In this document: positions 28,275 through 37,261 of the stretch, piece after piece | How positions within the stretch are numbered: position 1 is the stretch's first letter | Layout: each line of letters begins with the position of its first letter | NCBI GenBank assembly: GCA_963844575.1 | Contig: CAWJOU010000005.1 | Location: 767,556-831,555 of the forward strand | Direction of reading: 5' to 3' | Source of the DNA: an uncultured Actinomycetota bacterium | GTDB lineage: Bacteria > Actinomycetota > Acidimicrobiia > Acidimicrobiales > RAAP-2 | Length of the DNA stretch: 64,000 nt | Position numbers and translations under genes: made by a program | The notes under the pieces: generated by a model | What the model saw: the letters and a program-made list of their open reading frames with translations, nothing else | Told to the model about the DNA's origin: nothing | Database searches by the model: none

Positions 28275-29213
28275 ATGCGGGTCAGGATCTTCGTGGAGCC
28301 ACAGCAGGGTGCGGACTACGAGCGCCTGCTGGCGGTGGCCCGAGCGGCCGAGGAGCTGGGTTTCGACGGCTTCTTCCGGTCCGACCACTACCTGTGGATG
28401 GCCGCGATGGTCGGCGACGCGCTCCCCGGGCCGACGGACGCCTGGGTGACGCTGGCCGGCCTGGCGAGGGAGACCACCCGGCTCCGGCTGGGGACGCTCG
28501 TGACGTCGGCGACGTTCCGCCTGCCGGGCCCGCTGGCGATCAGCGTCGCGCAGGTCGACGCGATGAGCGGTGGTCGGATCGAGCTGGGGTTGGGCGCGGG
28601 CTGGTTCGACGACGAGCACCGGGCGTACGGCATCCCGTTCCCACCGATGAAGGAACGGTTCGACCGGTTGGAGGAGCAGCTCGAGATCCTGACCGGCCTC
28701 TGGACGACGCCGGTCGACGACCGGTTCTCGTACGACGGGCGCCACTACACCGTCGCCGACAGTCCGGGGCTGCCGAAGCCGACGCAGTCGCCGTATCCGC
28801 CGCTCATCGTCGGGGGTCTCGGCCCGACGAGGACGCCCCGCCTGGCCGCCCGCTTTGCGGACGAGTTCAACGTGCCGTTCCACCAGGTCGACGACACCGG
28901 CGCCCAGTACGGCCGGGTCCGCCGGGCCTGCGAGGAGGCCGACCGGGATCCGTCAGCGCTCCGCCTCTCGGCGGCGGTCGTCGTCTGTTGCGGGGTCGAT
29001 GAGGCCGAGCTCCGGCGTCGGGCCGCGGCGATCGGGCGAGACGTCGACGAGCTCCGGACGAACGGCGCGGCCGGCTTGCCGGCGGAGGTGGCCGAGCGGC
29101 TGCGGGCGTACGGCGAGCTCGGCGCGACAACGATCTACCTCCAGGTGCTCGACCTGACCGATCTGGACCATCTGCGGCTCATCGCCGAGGAGGTCGTCCC
29201 CGCGCTGGGCTGA
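28275..29213 (+). CDS. LLM-class F420-dependent oxidoreductase
   Basis: MRVRIFVEPQQGADY...FRSDH...ELGLGAGWFDDEH. Start at ATG 28275 in track ORF 28248..29213. Confidence 0.8.
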   Translation: MRVRIFVEPQQGADYERLLAVARAAEELGFDGFFRSDHYLWMAAMVGDALPGPTDAWVTLAGLARETTRLRLGTLVTSATFRLPGPLAISVAQVDAMSGGRIELGLGAGWFDDEHRAYGIPFPPMKERFDRLEEQLEILTGLWTTPVDDRFSYDGRHYTVADSPGLPKPTQSPYPPLIVGGLGPTRTPRLAARFADEFNVPFHQVDDTGAQYGRVRRACEEADRDPSALRLSAAVVVCCGVDEAELRRRAAAIGRDVDELRTNGAAGLPAEVAERLRAYGELGATTIYLQVLDLTDLDHLRLIAEEVVPALG

Positions 29214-30653
29214 CTAACCGGCGGCGGGGGCTCCCGTCGGCCCGTCACCGCCAGTGGTGCTGGTCGTGCCGGTGCCGCCCGTGCTGGTGCCGATCGTGCT
29301 GGTGGTGCTCGCCCCGCCGGTCCCCGTGGTCCGGCCGGTCTTCTTGGGAAGGGGAAGGGCGATGCGGGCCACGACGTCGTTGCCGGCGGCGACGCACGAC
29401 GTCGGCGTCGGGCAGTCGACGCCGGTGAGGCCGACGGGGACGTAACGCGTCCGCATCGTCTGCCAGGCCAGGCCGCCCGCGCCCGACGCGACGACGCCGC
29501 CGATCGGCGTCGGGGGATTCGTGACGGTCCAGACGGTGCCGACCGCGGCGCAGCCGCCGCTGGGCGGACACGAGACGGCGAAGGCGTCGCCGACGCCCAT
29601 CGGCGACGCGGTCAGGTTCCACGAGGCACCGCGGTCGTCACTGACGAGAACCTGGCTCGGGGCGAGGGCGACGTCGCTGGTCGTCGTGGACTTCGTGCCG
29701 ACGGCGACGCAGGTCGAGCCGGCGGTGCAGTCGACGCCGTGGAGGACGCCGACGCCGGCCGGCACCGGCGCGCTGGTCCAGTTGGCCCCACCGTCGTCGG
29801 TGACGGCGATCGCCCCGGTCCCCTGACCGGGCGTCGACGACACGTAGCCGACGGTGACGCAGGTCGTGGTGTCGAGACAGGCGACGTGGCTGATGCCGGC
29901 CGAGCCGGGCGGGAGCGTGCCACCGCGCTGCCACACCTTTCCGCCATCAGTGGTCGACGCGGACCAGTAGGTCGACCCGTCGGTGGCCAGAACGAGGCAG
30001 TCGGCGACGGCGAAGCAGTGGACGGCCGAGAGGTCGACGGACCCGGTCGGGGAGGCCACGGACTGCCACACCTTTCCGCCGTCGGCCGTGACGAGCACCG
30101 CGCCGAGGATGGGGCCGTCGTCGTCGGCGGTGCCGACGGCCATGCAGTGCCGACGGTCGGGGCAGTCGACGGCGGCCAGATCGGTCGGGTCGCTGACGGA
30201 GGCCGATTCGGCGGACCACGTGCTCCCGCCGTCGGTCGTGGCGTCGATGACGACCGACGACGACGGGCTGGTCGTGGTCGTCGTCGCGAGCGCGTCGACG
30301 GCGGAACGGCCGACGGCCCAGCAGTGGCGGGCGTCGCCGCACGACACGGCCTCGAGGGAACCGGTGCCGGTGGGCGCCGGTTGGCCCCACACCGCCACCG
30401 GCGTGGCCGTCGGTCGGGCGCGGCCGGCGGCCAGCGCCGAGGTCGGGCCGAGCCAGGCGCCACCGATACCGCCGACGACGGTCGCGGCGATGACGGCGGT
30501 GGTCACGACGGCCGACCACCGCGCCAGGATCGGCCGACCCGGGCGGCCCCGGGGGCCCGAGATCGGCCGGTCGCTCGCGCGTTCCACGGCTTGACAACCT
30601 AACGGCCGGCCTGTTCCCGGTGGGGTCACCGCGGTCGGCGTAGCGGCCGGCAC
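29214..30653 (-). CDS. membrane-anchored/secreted BNR (Asp-box) repeat protein, Ycf48-like propeller
   Basis: Five S/T-x-D-G-G-x-x-W boxes (TDGGSTW, ADGGKVW, TDGGKVW, DDGGANW, DDRGASW), an N-terminal TM segment and a Gly/Thr-rich tail. Alternative start at GTG 30587. Confidence 0.65.
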   Translation of the reverse strand: MPAATPTAVTPPGTGRPLGCQAVERASDRPISGPRGRPGRPILARWSAVVTTAVIAATVVGGIGGAWLGPTSALAAGRARPTATPVAVWGQPAPTGTGSLEAVSCGDARHCWAVGRSAVDALATTTTTSPSSSVVIDATTDGGSTWSAESASVSDPTDLAAVDCPDRRHCMAVGTADDDGPILGAVLVTADGGKVWQSVASPTGSVDLSAVHCFAVADCLVLATDGSTYWSASTTDGGKVWQRGGTLPPGSAGISHVACLDTTTCVTVGYVSSTPGQGTGAIAVTDDGGANWTSAPVPAGVGVLHGVDCTAGSTCVAVGTKSTTTSDVALAPSQVLVSDDRGASWNLTASPMGVGDAFAVSCPPSGGCAAVGTVWTVTNPPTPIGGVVASGAGGLAWQTMRTRYVPVGLTGVDCPTPTSCVAAGNDVVARIALPLPKKTGRTTGTGGASTTSTIGTSTGGTGTTSTTGGDGPTGAPAAG

Positions 30654-30679
30654 GACCCGGTCGTCTACCCTCGACGCCG

Positions 30680-31852
30680 GTGGACTGGGTCGACCTCGTG
30701 CTGATCCTGGTGGTGGTCGCCGCGGCCGTGCACGGTCTGCGGCTCGGCGCGCTCGTCCAGGTGCTGACGTTCGGCGGCTTCCTGCTCGGCCTTCTCCTCG
30801 GTGTCGTGATCGCCGACGCGATCGGCTCGTCCATCCACTCGCCGGGAGTGAGGACCGCGGTAGCGCTCGTGCTCGTCCTCGGGCTGGCCGTCATCTTCGG
30901 GATCGCCGGCCGGATAGCCGGCGGGTGGAGCTACCGGGCCCTCCAGCGGGGACACCTCGCGTCGGTCGACGCCATCCTCGGCGTCGCGGTGGCGGTGGCC
31001 GCGGTGCTGGTCTCGTCGTGGCTGATGGCGTCGTTGCTGTCGGAGAGCCGGTTCGTCTGGCTCAGCTCGGCCATCGGAAGGTCCGACGTCCTGAAGGCGG
31101 TCGACGACGTCATGCCGCCGGTGCCGGACGCTTTCAACCACCTCCAGACGTTCCTCAGCGGTTCGGGGTTCCCGCCGGTCTTCGCCGGCCTGGCCCAACC
31201 GACGGCTCAGCCGGTGGCGACGCCGTCGGGAACCGAGGCGGACCAGATCGGGTCGGTCGCGGCGGCGTCGACGGTCAAGGTCATCGGTCAGGCCTGCGGC
31301 TACCTTCAGGAGGGCTCCGGCTTCGTCGTCGCGCCCGGGCTGGTCGTGACGAACGCCCACGTCGTCGCCGGCGAGCCGTCCACCGACGTCATCGTCCAGG
31401 GCGTCACGTACCCGGCCACCGCGGTGCTGTTCGACCCGTCCTTCGACCTGGCGGTCCTGCGGACGAAGGCACCGCTCGGCCCGCCGCTGGACCTCGATCC
31501 GGACGACGTCGACCGCGGTACGCAGGGCGCGGTGCTCGGGTACCCGCAGAACGGGACACTGGCGGTCGCGCCGGCCGGGATCGCGTCGAGCCTGTTGGCG
31601 CAGGGTCGGGACATCTACAACCAAGGGGCGGTCGTCCGCAGCGTCTACCAGCTCGACGCGGACGTCCAGCCCGGCAACTCCGGCGGACCGGTCGTCGAGG
31701 CGGACGGCACGGTGGTCGGGGTCGTCTTCTCCCGGTCGACCGTCGACGCGAACGTCGGTTACGCGCTGGCGTCGCCGGGCGTGCTGAGCCGCGTCGAGCA
31801 GGCCGAGGCCCGGACGTCGAACGTCGGCACCGGTGCGTGCGTCCAGAGCTGA
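30680..31852 (+). CDS. MarP-like membrane serine protease (CvpA-like TM domain plus S1/trypsin-like domain)
   Basis: N-terminal 4-TM CvpA-type region. C-terminal chymotrypsin fold with VVTNAHVV, the Asp region, and DVQPGNSGGPVV. Confidence 0.8.
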   Translation: MDWVDLVLILVVVAAAVHGLRLGALVQVLTFGGFLLGLLLGVVIADAIGSSIHSPGVRTAVALVLVLGLAVIFGIAGRIAGGWSYRALQRGHLASVDAILGVAVAVAAVLVSSWLMASLLSESRFVWLSSAIGRSDVLKAVDDVMPPVPDAFNHLQTFLSGSGFPPVFAGLAQPTAQPVATPSGTEADQIGSVAAASTVKVIGQACGYLQEGSGFVVAPGLVVTNAHVVAGEPSTDVIVQGVTYPATAVLFDPSFDLAVLRTKAPLGPPLDLDPDDVDRGTQGAVLGYPQNGTLAVAPAGIASSLLAQGRDIYNQGAVVRSVYQLDADVQPGNSGGPVVEADGTVVGVVFSRSTVDANVGYALASPGVLSRVEQAEARTSNVGTGACVQS

Positions 31853-31917
31853 GCGACCGATAGCCGCCGAACGAGTCGGAGCGGGAGGTCGGACGGGCCG
31901 GACCAGGAGGGGTAAGA

Positions 31918-33963
31918 ATGACCGCCATGCCCCTCCCGATCGAGGACTACGCCGTCATCGGCGACCTGCACACCGCGGCCATCGTCGGCCGCGACGGGTC
32001 GATCGACTGGCTCTGTCTGCCCAACTTCGCTTCCGGTGCCTGCTTCGCTCGGCTGCTCGGCACCGACGACCACGGCTACTGGAAGATCGCGCCGGCCGGT
32101 GCGGTCACCGCGACGCGACGGCGGTACCGCGACGGGACGCTCGTCCTCGAGACGGAGATGGACTGTGCCGAGGGGACGATCCGCATTACCGACTGCATGC
32201 CCATCCGGGAGACGTACCCGCAGGTCGTGCGCATGGTCGAGGGCGTGCGGGGGACCGTGCCGATCCGTATGGACCTGTCCGTGCGCTTCGACTACGGCCT
32301 CTCGATCCCGTGGGTGAGCCGCGTCGGCGCGGGCAACCTGCTGACGGCGACCGCCGGCCCCGACTCGGTGGCCCTGTGGACCCGGATGGACGTCCACGGC
32401 GAGGGATTGACGTCGGTGTCGGAGTTCTCGATCCGCGAGGGCCAGCAGATCCCGTACACGCTGACGTGGTTCCCGTCGCACGAGGCTCCACCGCACCCGA
32501 CCGACCCGTGGTTCACGATCACGACGACCGACGCGTGGTGGCGGACGTGGTCGGCCGCGTGCACCTACCAGGGTGAGTACGCCGATGCGGTCCTGCGGTC
32601 GCTGATCACGCTGAAGGCGCTCACGTACGAGCCGACCGGCGGCATCGTCGCCGCGGCGACGACGTCGCTGCCGGAGTCGCTGGGCGGGAACCGGAACTGG
32701 GACTACCGGTACTGCTGGCTCCGGGACGCGACGCTGACGCTCGAGTCGCTGATGCGCGGCGGATACCACGAAGAGGCGCTCGCCTGGCGCGACTGGCTGC
32801 TCCGGGCGACGGCCGGCGATCCGTCGAAGTTGCAGATCATGTACGGCGCGGCCGGCGAACGCCGGCTCGACGAGTGGGAGGTCGACTGGCTCCCGGGCTA
32901 CGAGGGGTCGGCACCGGTCCGCATCGGCAACGCCGCGGCCGACCAGTACCAGCTCGACGTCTACGGCGAGGTGATGTCCGCGCTCTACAGCGCCGGCCAG
33001 ATGGACGGCATCCACAGCCGGGCGATCTGGGACCTGCAGACGAAGCTGATCGAGTTCATCGAGGACGGCTGGAAGCTCCCCGACGACGGGCTCTGGGAGG
33101 TCCGCGGGCCGCGGCGGCACTTCACGCACTCCAAGGTCATGGCCTGGGTGGCGGTCGACCGGGCGGTGCGGACGATGGAGGACTGGCCCGACCTGCCGGG
33201 GCCGATCGACAAGTGGCGGGCCCTGCGGGACGAGATCCACTCGGAGGTCGCCGAGAAGGGGTACAACCCGGACAAGCAGGCGTTCACGCAGTACTACGGC
33301 TGCGACCAGCTCGACGCCAGCCTGCTGATGATCCCGCTCGTCGGCTTCCTGCCGGCCAAGGACCCGCGGGTCGTCGGCACGATCGAGGCGGTCCAGCGCG
33401 AGCTGATGGACGACGCGGGCTTCGTGCTGCGGTACCGCACGACCGACGACGGCGCGGTCGACGGGCTGACCGGCCGGGAAGGCGCGTTCCTGGCGTGCTC
33501 GTTCTGGCTGGCCGACTGCCTGACCATGATCGGCCGGGTCGACGAGGCGACCGCGCTGTTCGAGCGGTTGCTCGGCCTGCGCAACGACCTCGGTCTGTTG
33601 GCCGAGGAGTACGACGCGGTGGCTGGTCGCCAGGTCGGCAACTTCCCGCAGGCGTTCTCGCACGTGTCGCTGGTCAACACGGCCTGCCGCCTGACCGGCC
33701 AGGAGCCACTGACGCCCGGCCAGGCCCAGGTGACCACCCGGATGCGGCGGCTGATGACCGAGAACCTGATCGGCGGGGTCGGGACGAGCAGCATCCGGGC
33801 CACGAAGTGGGGTCTCGGCGGCCTCACCCGCCACGGCCTCGGCACGCTCCGACCCTTGTCGGTGCGAAAGCCCGAGGACGGCGGCGACCGGGACGACGCC
33901 GGGCCGGCCGGCGGCGCGTCCGATGGGCCGGCCGGCGGCGCGCCCGAGGGGTCGACGGCGTGA
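31918..33963 (+). CDS. glycoside hydrolase family 15 (glucoamylase/trehalase-like)
   Basis: IEDYAVIGDLHTAAIVGRDGSIDWLCLPNF N-terminus and WDYRYCWLRDA catalytic-domain motif. Carries a disordered C-terminal tail of about 90 aa. Confidence 0.85.
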   Translation: MTAMPLPIEDYAVIGDLHTAAIVGRDGSIDWLCLPNFASGACFARLLGTDDHGYWKIAPAGAVTATRRRYRDGTLVLETEMDCAEGTIRITDCMPIRETYPQVVRMVEGVRGTVPIRMDLSVRFDYGLSIPWVSRVGAGNLLTATAGPDSVALWTRMDVHGEGLTSVSEFSIREGQQIPYTLTWFPSHEAPPHPTDPWFTITTTDAWWRTWSAACTYQGEYADAVLRSLITLKALTYEPTGGIVAAATTSLPESLGGNRNWDYRYCWLRDATLTLESLMRGGYHEEALAWRDWLLRATAGDPSKLQIMYGAAGERRLDEWEVDWLPGYEGSAPVRIGNAAADQYQLDVYGEVMSALYSAGQMDGIHSRAIWDLQTKLIEFIEDGWKLPDDGLWEVRGPRRHFTHSKVMAWVAVDRAVRTMEDWPDLPGPIDKWRALRDEIHSEVAEKGYNPDKQAFTQYYGCDQLDASLLMIPLVGFLPAKDPRVVGTIEAVQRELMDDAGFVLRYRTTDDGAVDGLTGREGAFLACSFWLADCLTMIGRVDEATALFERLLGLRNDLGLLAEEYDAVAGRQVGNFPQAFSHVSLVNTACRLTGQEPLTPGQAQVTTRMRRLMTENLIGGVGTSSIRATKWGLGGLTRHGLGTLRPLSVRKPEDGGDRDDAGPAGGASDGPAGGAPEGSTA

Positions 33964-34019
33964 TCGAACGAAGCGCAGGACGACGACGATGAGCCCAAGA
34001 CCATGATGAGGAGGAGCAG

Positions 34020-35069
34020 ATGAAGGCGTTGACGGTGGTTCCCCTCCAGAAGGGCTCGGCGGAGCTCTCCGACGTCCCACCGCCGCCCGAGAGCGACGGG
34101 CCGGTGCTCGTCGAGACGCTGGCCGTCGGCATCTGCGGCACCGACATCGAGATCCTCTCCGGCCAGTACGGCTGGGCGCCGCCGGGCCGCGACCGGCTCG
34201 TTCTCGGGCACGAGTCGCTCGGGCGCGTCCTCGAGGCACCGGCCGGCGCGCCGGTGGCCGAGGGCGACCTCGTCGTCGGCATCGTCCGCCGCCCGGACCC
34301 GGTCCCGTGCGGGAACTGCGCGGTGGGGGAGTGGGACTTCTGCCGCAACGGCCAATACACCGAGCGCGGCATCAAGGAGCACGACGGTTACCTGTCGGAG
34401 CAGTACCGGATCACGCCGGAGTACGTCGTCAAGGTGGACTCGTCGCTCGGGCTTCTCGGTGTCCTGCTGGAGCCGACCAGCGTGGTGGCGAAGGCGTGGG
34501 AGCAGGTCAACCGGATCGGTGGTCGGGCCCACTGGGCGCCGACCAAGGCCGTCGTCACCGGGGCCGGACCGATCGGGCTCCTCGCCGCGCTGATCGGCGT
34601 GCAGGCCGGGCTCGAGGTCCACGTGATCGACCAGATGACGACCGGGCTCAAGCCGGACCTCGTGCGCCAGCTCGGCGCGCAGTACCACACCGGTTCCATC
34701 GCCGATGCCTGCCCGGACGCGGACGCCATCATCGAGTGCACGGGCGTGTCGAGCCTCGTCCTCGACGCCATGGAGCACGTCGGGCCCGACGGGGTCGTCT
34801 GCCTGACCGGCGTCTCGTCCGGCGGCCGGACCATCGACGTGGACGAAGGCGCGCTCAACCGGTCGATGGTTCTCTCGAACGAGGCCGTCGTCGGCTCGGT
34901 CAACGCCAACCGGCGCCACTACGAGGCCGGCGCGGACGCGCTGGCCAAAGCCGACCGGAGCTGGCTGGAGCGGCTCGTCAGCCGCAAGGTCCCGCTCGAC
35001 CAGTGGCAGCAGGCGCTCGACCGCCAGCCCGACGACGTCAAGGTCGTCGTCGAGGTGACCGCTGAGTGA
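34020..35069 (+). CDS. zinc-dependent MDR dehydrogenase, glucose 1-dehydrogenase-like
   Basis: VGICGTDIE and GHESLG zinc-ligand motifs, GAGPIGLL Rossmann motif. Overall resemblance to archaeal-type glucose dehydrogenases, judged from memory. Confidence 0.65.
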   Translation: MKALTVVPLQKGSAELSDVPPPPESDGPVLVETLAVGICGTDIEILSGQYGWAPPGRDRLVLGHESLGRVLEAPAGAPVAEGDLVVGIVRRPDPVPCGNCAVGEWDFCRNGQYTERGIKEHDGYLSEQYRITPEYVVKVDSSLGLLGVLLEPTSVVAKAWEQVNRIGGRAHWAPTKAVVTGAGPIGLLAALIGVQAGLEVHVIDQMTTGLKPDLVRQLGAQYHTGSIADACPDADAIIECTGVSSLVLDAMEHVGPDGVVCLTGVSSGGRTIDVDEGALNRSMVLSNEAVVGSVNANRRHYEAGADALAKADRSWLERLVSRKVPLDQWQQALDRQPDDVKVVVEVTAE

Positions 35070-36043
35070 TCGGGCACGGGCACGAGACCGGCCCCGCCGA
35101 GCCGGCCCCGCCGGTGGCTATCGCCCCCGGCGTCCTGCAGATCGACACCCTCCTCGGCGGCTGGGAGCGGGTCACCGCCGGCTACCTGCTCGAAGGCCCG
35201 GCACCGGTGCTGGTCGAGACGGGAAGCCAGTCGTCGGTCCCGGTGCTCCTGGCCTCGCTCGACCGGCTGGGGCTCGGCCCGACCGATCTGGCCGGCGTGA
35301 TCGTCACGCATATCCACCTCGACCATGCCGGCGGCGTCGGCGACGTCGCCCGGGCGTTCCCGGACGCAACGGTCTACGTCCACGAGAAGGGCGCTCGCCA
35401 TCTCGCCGACCCGACCCGGTTGGTCGACTCGGCCGCCCGGGTCTACGGGCCGCTCCTCGATTCGCTCTACGGCCGCCTCGACCCGACGCCGGCCGAACGG
35501 CTCCACGTTCTCGCCGACGGCGAAGAGGTCCGCGTCGGTCCCGACCGGGTCCTCGTCGCCATCGACTCGCCGGGCCATGCCAAGCACCACCTCGGCGTCC
35601 ACGACTCGGTGAGCGGCGTCCTCTTCGCCGGCGACGCGGTCGGTGTCCGGCTCCCCGACGCCGGGATCCTCCGTCCGTCGACGCCGCCGCCGGACTTCGA
35701 CCTCGACCAGGCCCTGACGTCGATGCAGAAGTTCGCCGCCCGGCGACCGTCCGGGATCGCCCTCGCCCACTACGGCCTACTGGACGACCCCGACGCCCTC
35801 CTCGACGAGGCCGCGGCGACGCTGCAGCAGTGGGCGGCCACCGCGGAACAGGCCTACCGCAACGGCGAGGACATCGCCGCCGCGCTGTCCGCGCGGTTCG
35901 CCGACGAGATCGGCGACGTCCCGGAGGAGCACCGGGAGAAGCTCGAGACGCTCAACGGCGTCCATTCCAATGCCGCCGGGTTCCGGCGCTGGCTCGAGAC
36001 GAGGGACCGTCCGGCCGACGGGGCGGCCTCGCCGGCCCGCTGA
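35066..36043 (+). CDS. MBL-fold metallo-hydrolase
   Basis: THIHLDHAGG metal-binding motif. The start overlaps the upstream stop (GTGA). Confidence 0.8.
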   Translation: MIGHGHETGPAEPAPPVAIAPGVLQIDTLLGGWERVTAGYLLEGPAPVLVETGSQSSVPVLLASLDRLGLGPTDLAGVIVTHIHLDHAGGVGDVARAFPDATVYVHEKGARHLADPTRLVDSAARVYGPLLDSLYGRLDPTPAERLHVLADGEEVRVGPDRVLVAIDSPGHAKHHLGVHDSVSGVLFAGDAVGVRLPDAGILRPSTPPPDFDLDQALTSMQKFAARRPSGIALAHYGLLDDPDALLDEAAATLQQWAATAEQAYRNGEDIAAALSARFADEIGDVPEEHREKLETLNGVHSNAAGFRRWLETRDRPADGAASPAR

Positions 36044-36175
36044 CGACGACCCGGCGTTCGTAGGCCGCCCTCGGACGCGACACAGCGGCCGGGACGACTT
36101 GTCGCCGTCTCGGCCGCTGTGTCGGGATCCCCGTCCGGACCAGCCAGCTGGGTCGGTCCGTCCTCGGATTGTCAG

Positions 36176-36439
36176 TCAGTCCACCCGGAGCCGACTGCGG
36201 AGATCTTCCTGGCGGACCTCGAAATCGTCGATCGAGATACGCCCGTCGGCGAGATCCTCGTGGAGGCGGGCGAACTGCTCCAGCAGTGCTCCCTGGTCCT
36301 CCACCGGTCCGTCGTCAGGCTCCTCCGCGTCGGTCCGGTCCTCACGGCGAGCCGCCCGGTCCTCCTGCTTGGCCTTTGCCTTGGCTCGCTTCGCTTGATC
36401 GCGTTGGAGCTTCCCGAACGTCGAACGAGGCCTTGCCAT
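36176..36439 (-). CDS. small charged hypothetical protein (87 aa)
   Basis: ATG 36439. Lys/Arg-rich N-terminus and acidic C-terminus. Lies directly downstream of cspA. Confidence 0.4.
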   Translation of the reverse strand: MARPRSTFGKLQRDQAKRAKAKAKQEDRAARREDRTDAEEPDDGPVEDQGALLEQFARLHEDLADGRISIDDFEVRQEDLRSRLRVD

Positions 36440-36515
36440 ACACACCACTCTCCCTTCCCTTGGCCGCGCCGCCCGGTCGGGGGCGGCCGTCGGCCAGACG
36501 GTGACGGTGCGGGCG

Positions 36516-36716
36516 TCAGATGACCTTGACGTTCCGCGCCTCGTCTCCCTTGCGACCCGGGGCGATCTCGAACTCGACCTCCTGGCCGGCTTCCAGGGTC
36601 CGGAAACCGGAGCCCTGCACGTTGCTGTAGTGGACGAACACATCGTCCCCGTCGGGGCGTGAAACGAAGCCGTAGCCCTTCTCCGTGTTGAAGAACTTGA
36701 CGGTGCCGATCGGCAT
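36516..36716 (-). CDS. cspA: cold-shock protein
   Basis: Canonical CSD with RNP1 KGYGFV and RNP2 VFVHY; 66 aa. Confidence 0.95.
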   Translation of the reverse strand: MPIGTVKFFNTEKGYGFVSRPDGDDVFVHYSNVQGSGFRTLEAGQEVEFEIAPGRKGDEARNVKVI

Positions 36717-36724
36717 GATTCCTC

Positions 36725-36776
36725 TTTTCTATTGCCTGTAAGTACTGCCGTTTTCTATTGCCTTCGGGTACTGCGG
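36725..36776 (-). repeat. 26-nt tandem duplication in the cspA leader
   Basis: Plus strand TTTTCTATTGCCTGTAAGTACTGCCG followed by TTTTCTATTGCCTTCGGGTACTGCGG. It starts 9 nt from the cspA start codon. Confidence 0.7.
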
Positions 36777-37215
36777 TTATTGGCGGCCGCAGGCGGGCCT
36801 GCGGTTGCTGCATCCTGGCGGCCCGCGTTCCGGCACCGAGCCGGGAGGCAGGTCGAGAGGTCTTGGACGAACGTCACCGACGGCAGCCCGGTACGGGCGC
36901 CGAGCTCGACCGCCGACCGGCGATAGGGCGGCCCCGTCGAGGACGCCGAGGGCGGCTGTCCGGGGCGGGCAGGCTGGTGCCCCGTCGAGCGGATCGGGCG
37001 ACCAGGCGGGCGGAAATGCCCAGGTCGGAGAGTGAAACCACTGAACTCCAGTCGAGTTGTCAACAGGCCAACCCGAACCGGAAATCGAATCAGGCCCACC
37101 GGCATGCTGCCGGTCGCCGCTCGATCTTGTCGACCGGCTAGCCCGACAGCGTAGCAGGTCGATTTTCCGAAGCTCCCTCGGCGCCGTCACGCACGCTCCC
37201 GGCTTCAGGGTTCTT

Positions 37216-37254
37216 CTGACCACCCGGTCGACGGATCGCCAACCGGGTGGTCAG
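37216..37254 (-). terminator. stem-loop downstream of recA (12-bp stem, 15-nt loop; no U tract)
   Basis: CTGACCACCCGG (37216..37227) pairs perfectly with CCGGGTGGTCAG (37243..37254). The structure lies 8 nt past the recA stop. Confidence 0.4.
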
Positions 37255-37261
37255 TGAGTGA

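Noticed and set aside
31759-34239. 826-aa minus-strand ORF antisense to the GH15 gene.
   Set aside because: It is a shadow ORF with no motifs and extreme Arg/Pro content. The plus frame has unambiguous GH15 signatures.
36755-37257. A recX remnant or other coding sequence between recA and cspA (track ORFs 36755..37105, 36777..37223, 36758..37141 and others).
   Set aside because: All translations are low-complexity with no RecX-like helical repeats. I treated the region as non-coding.
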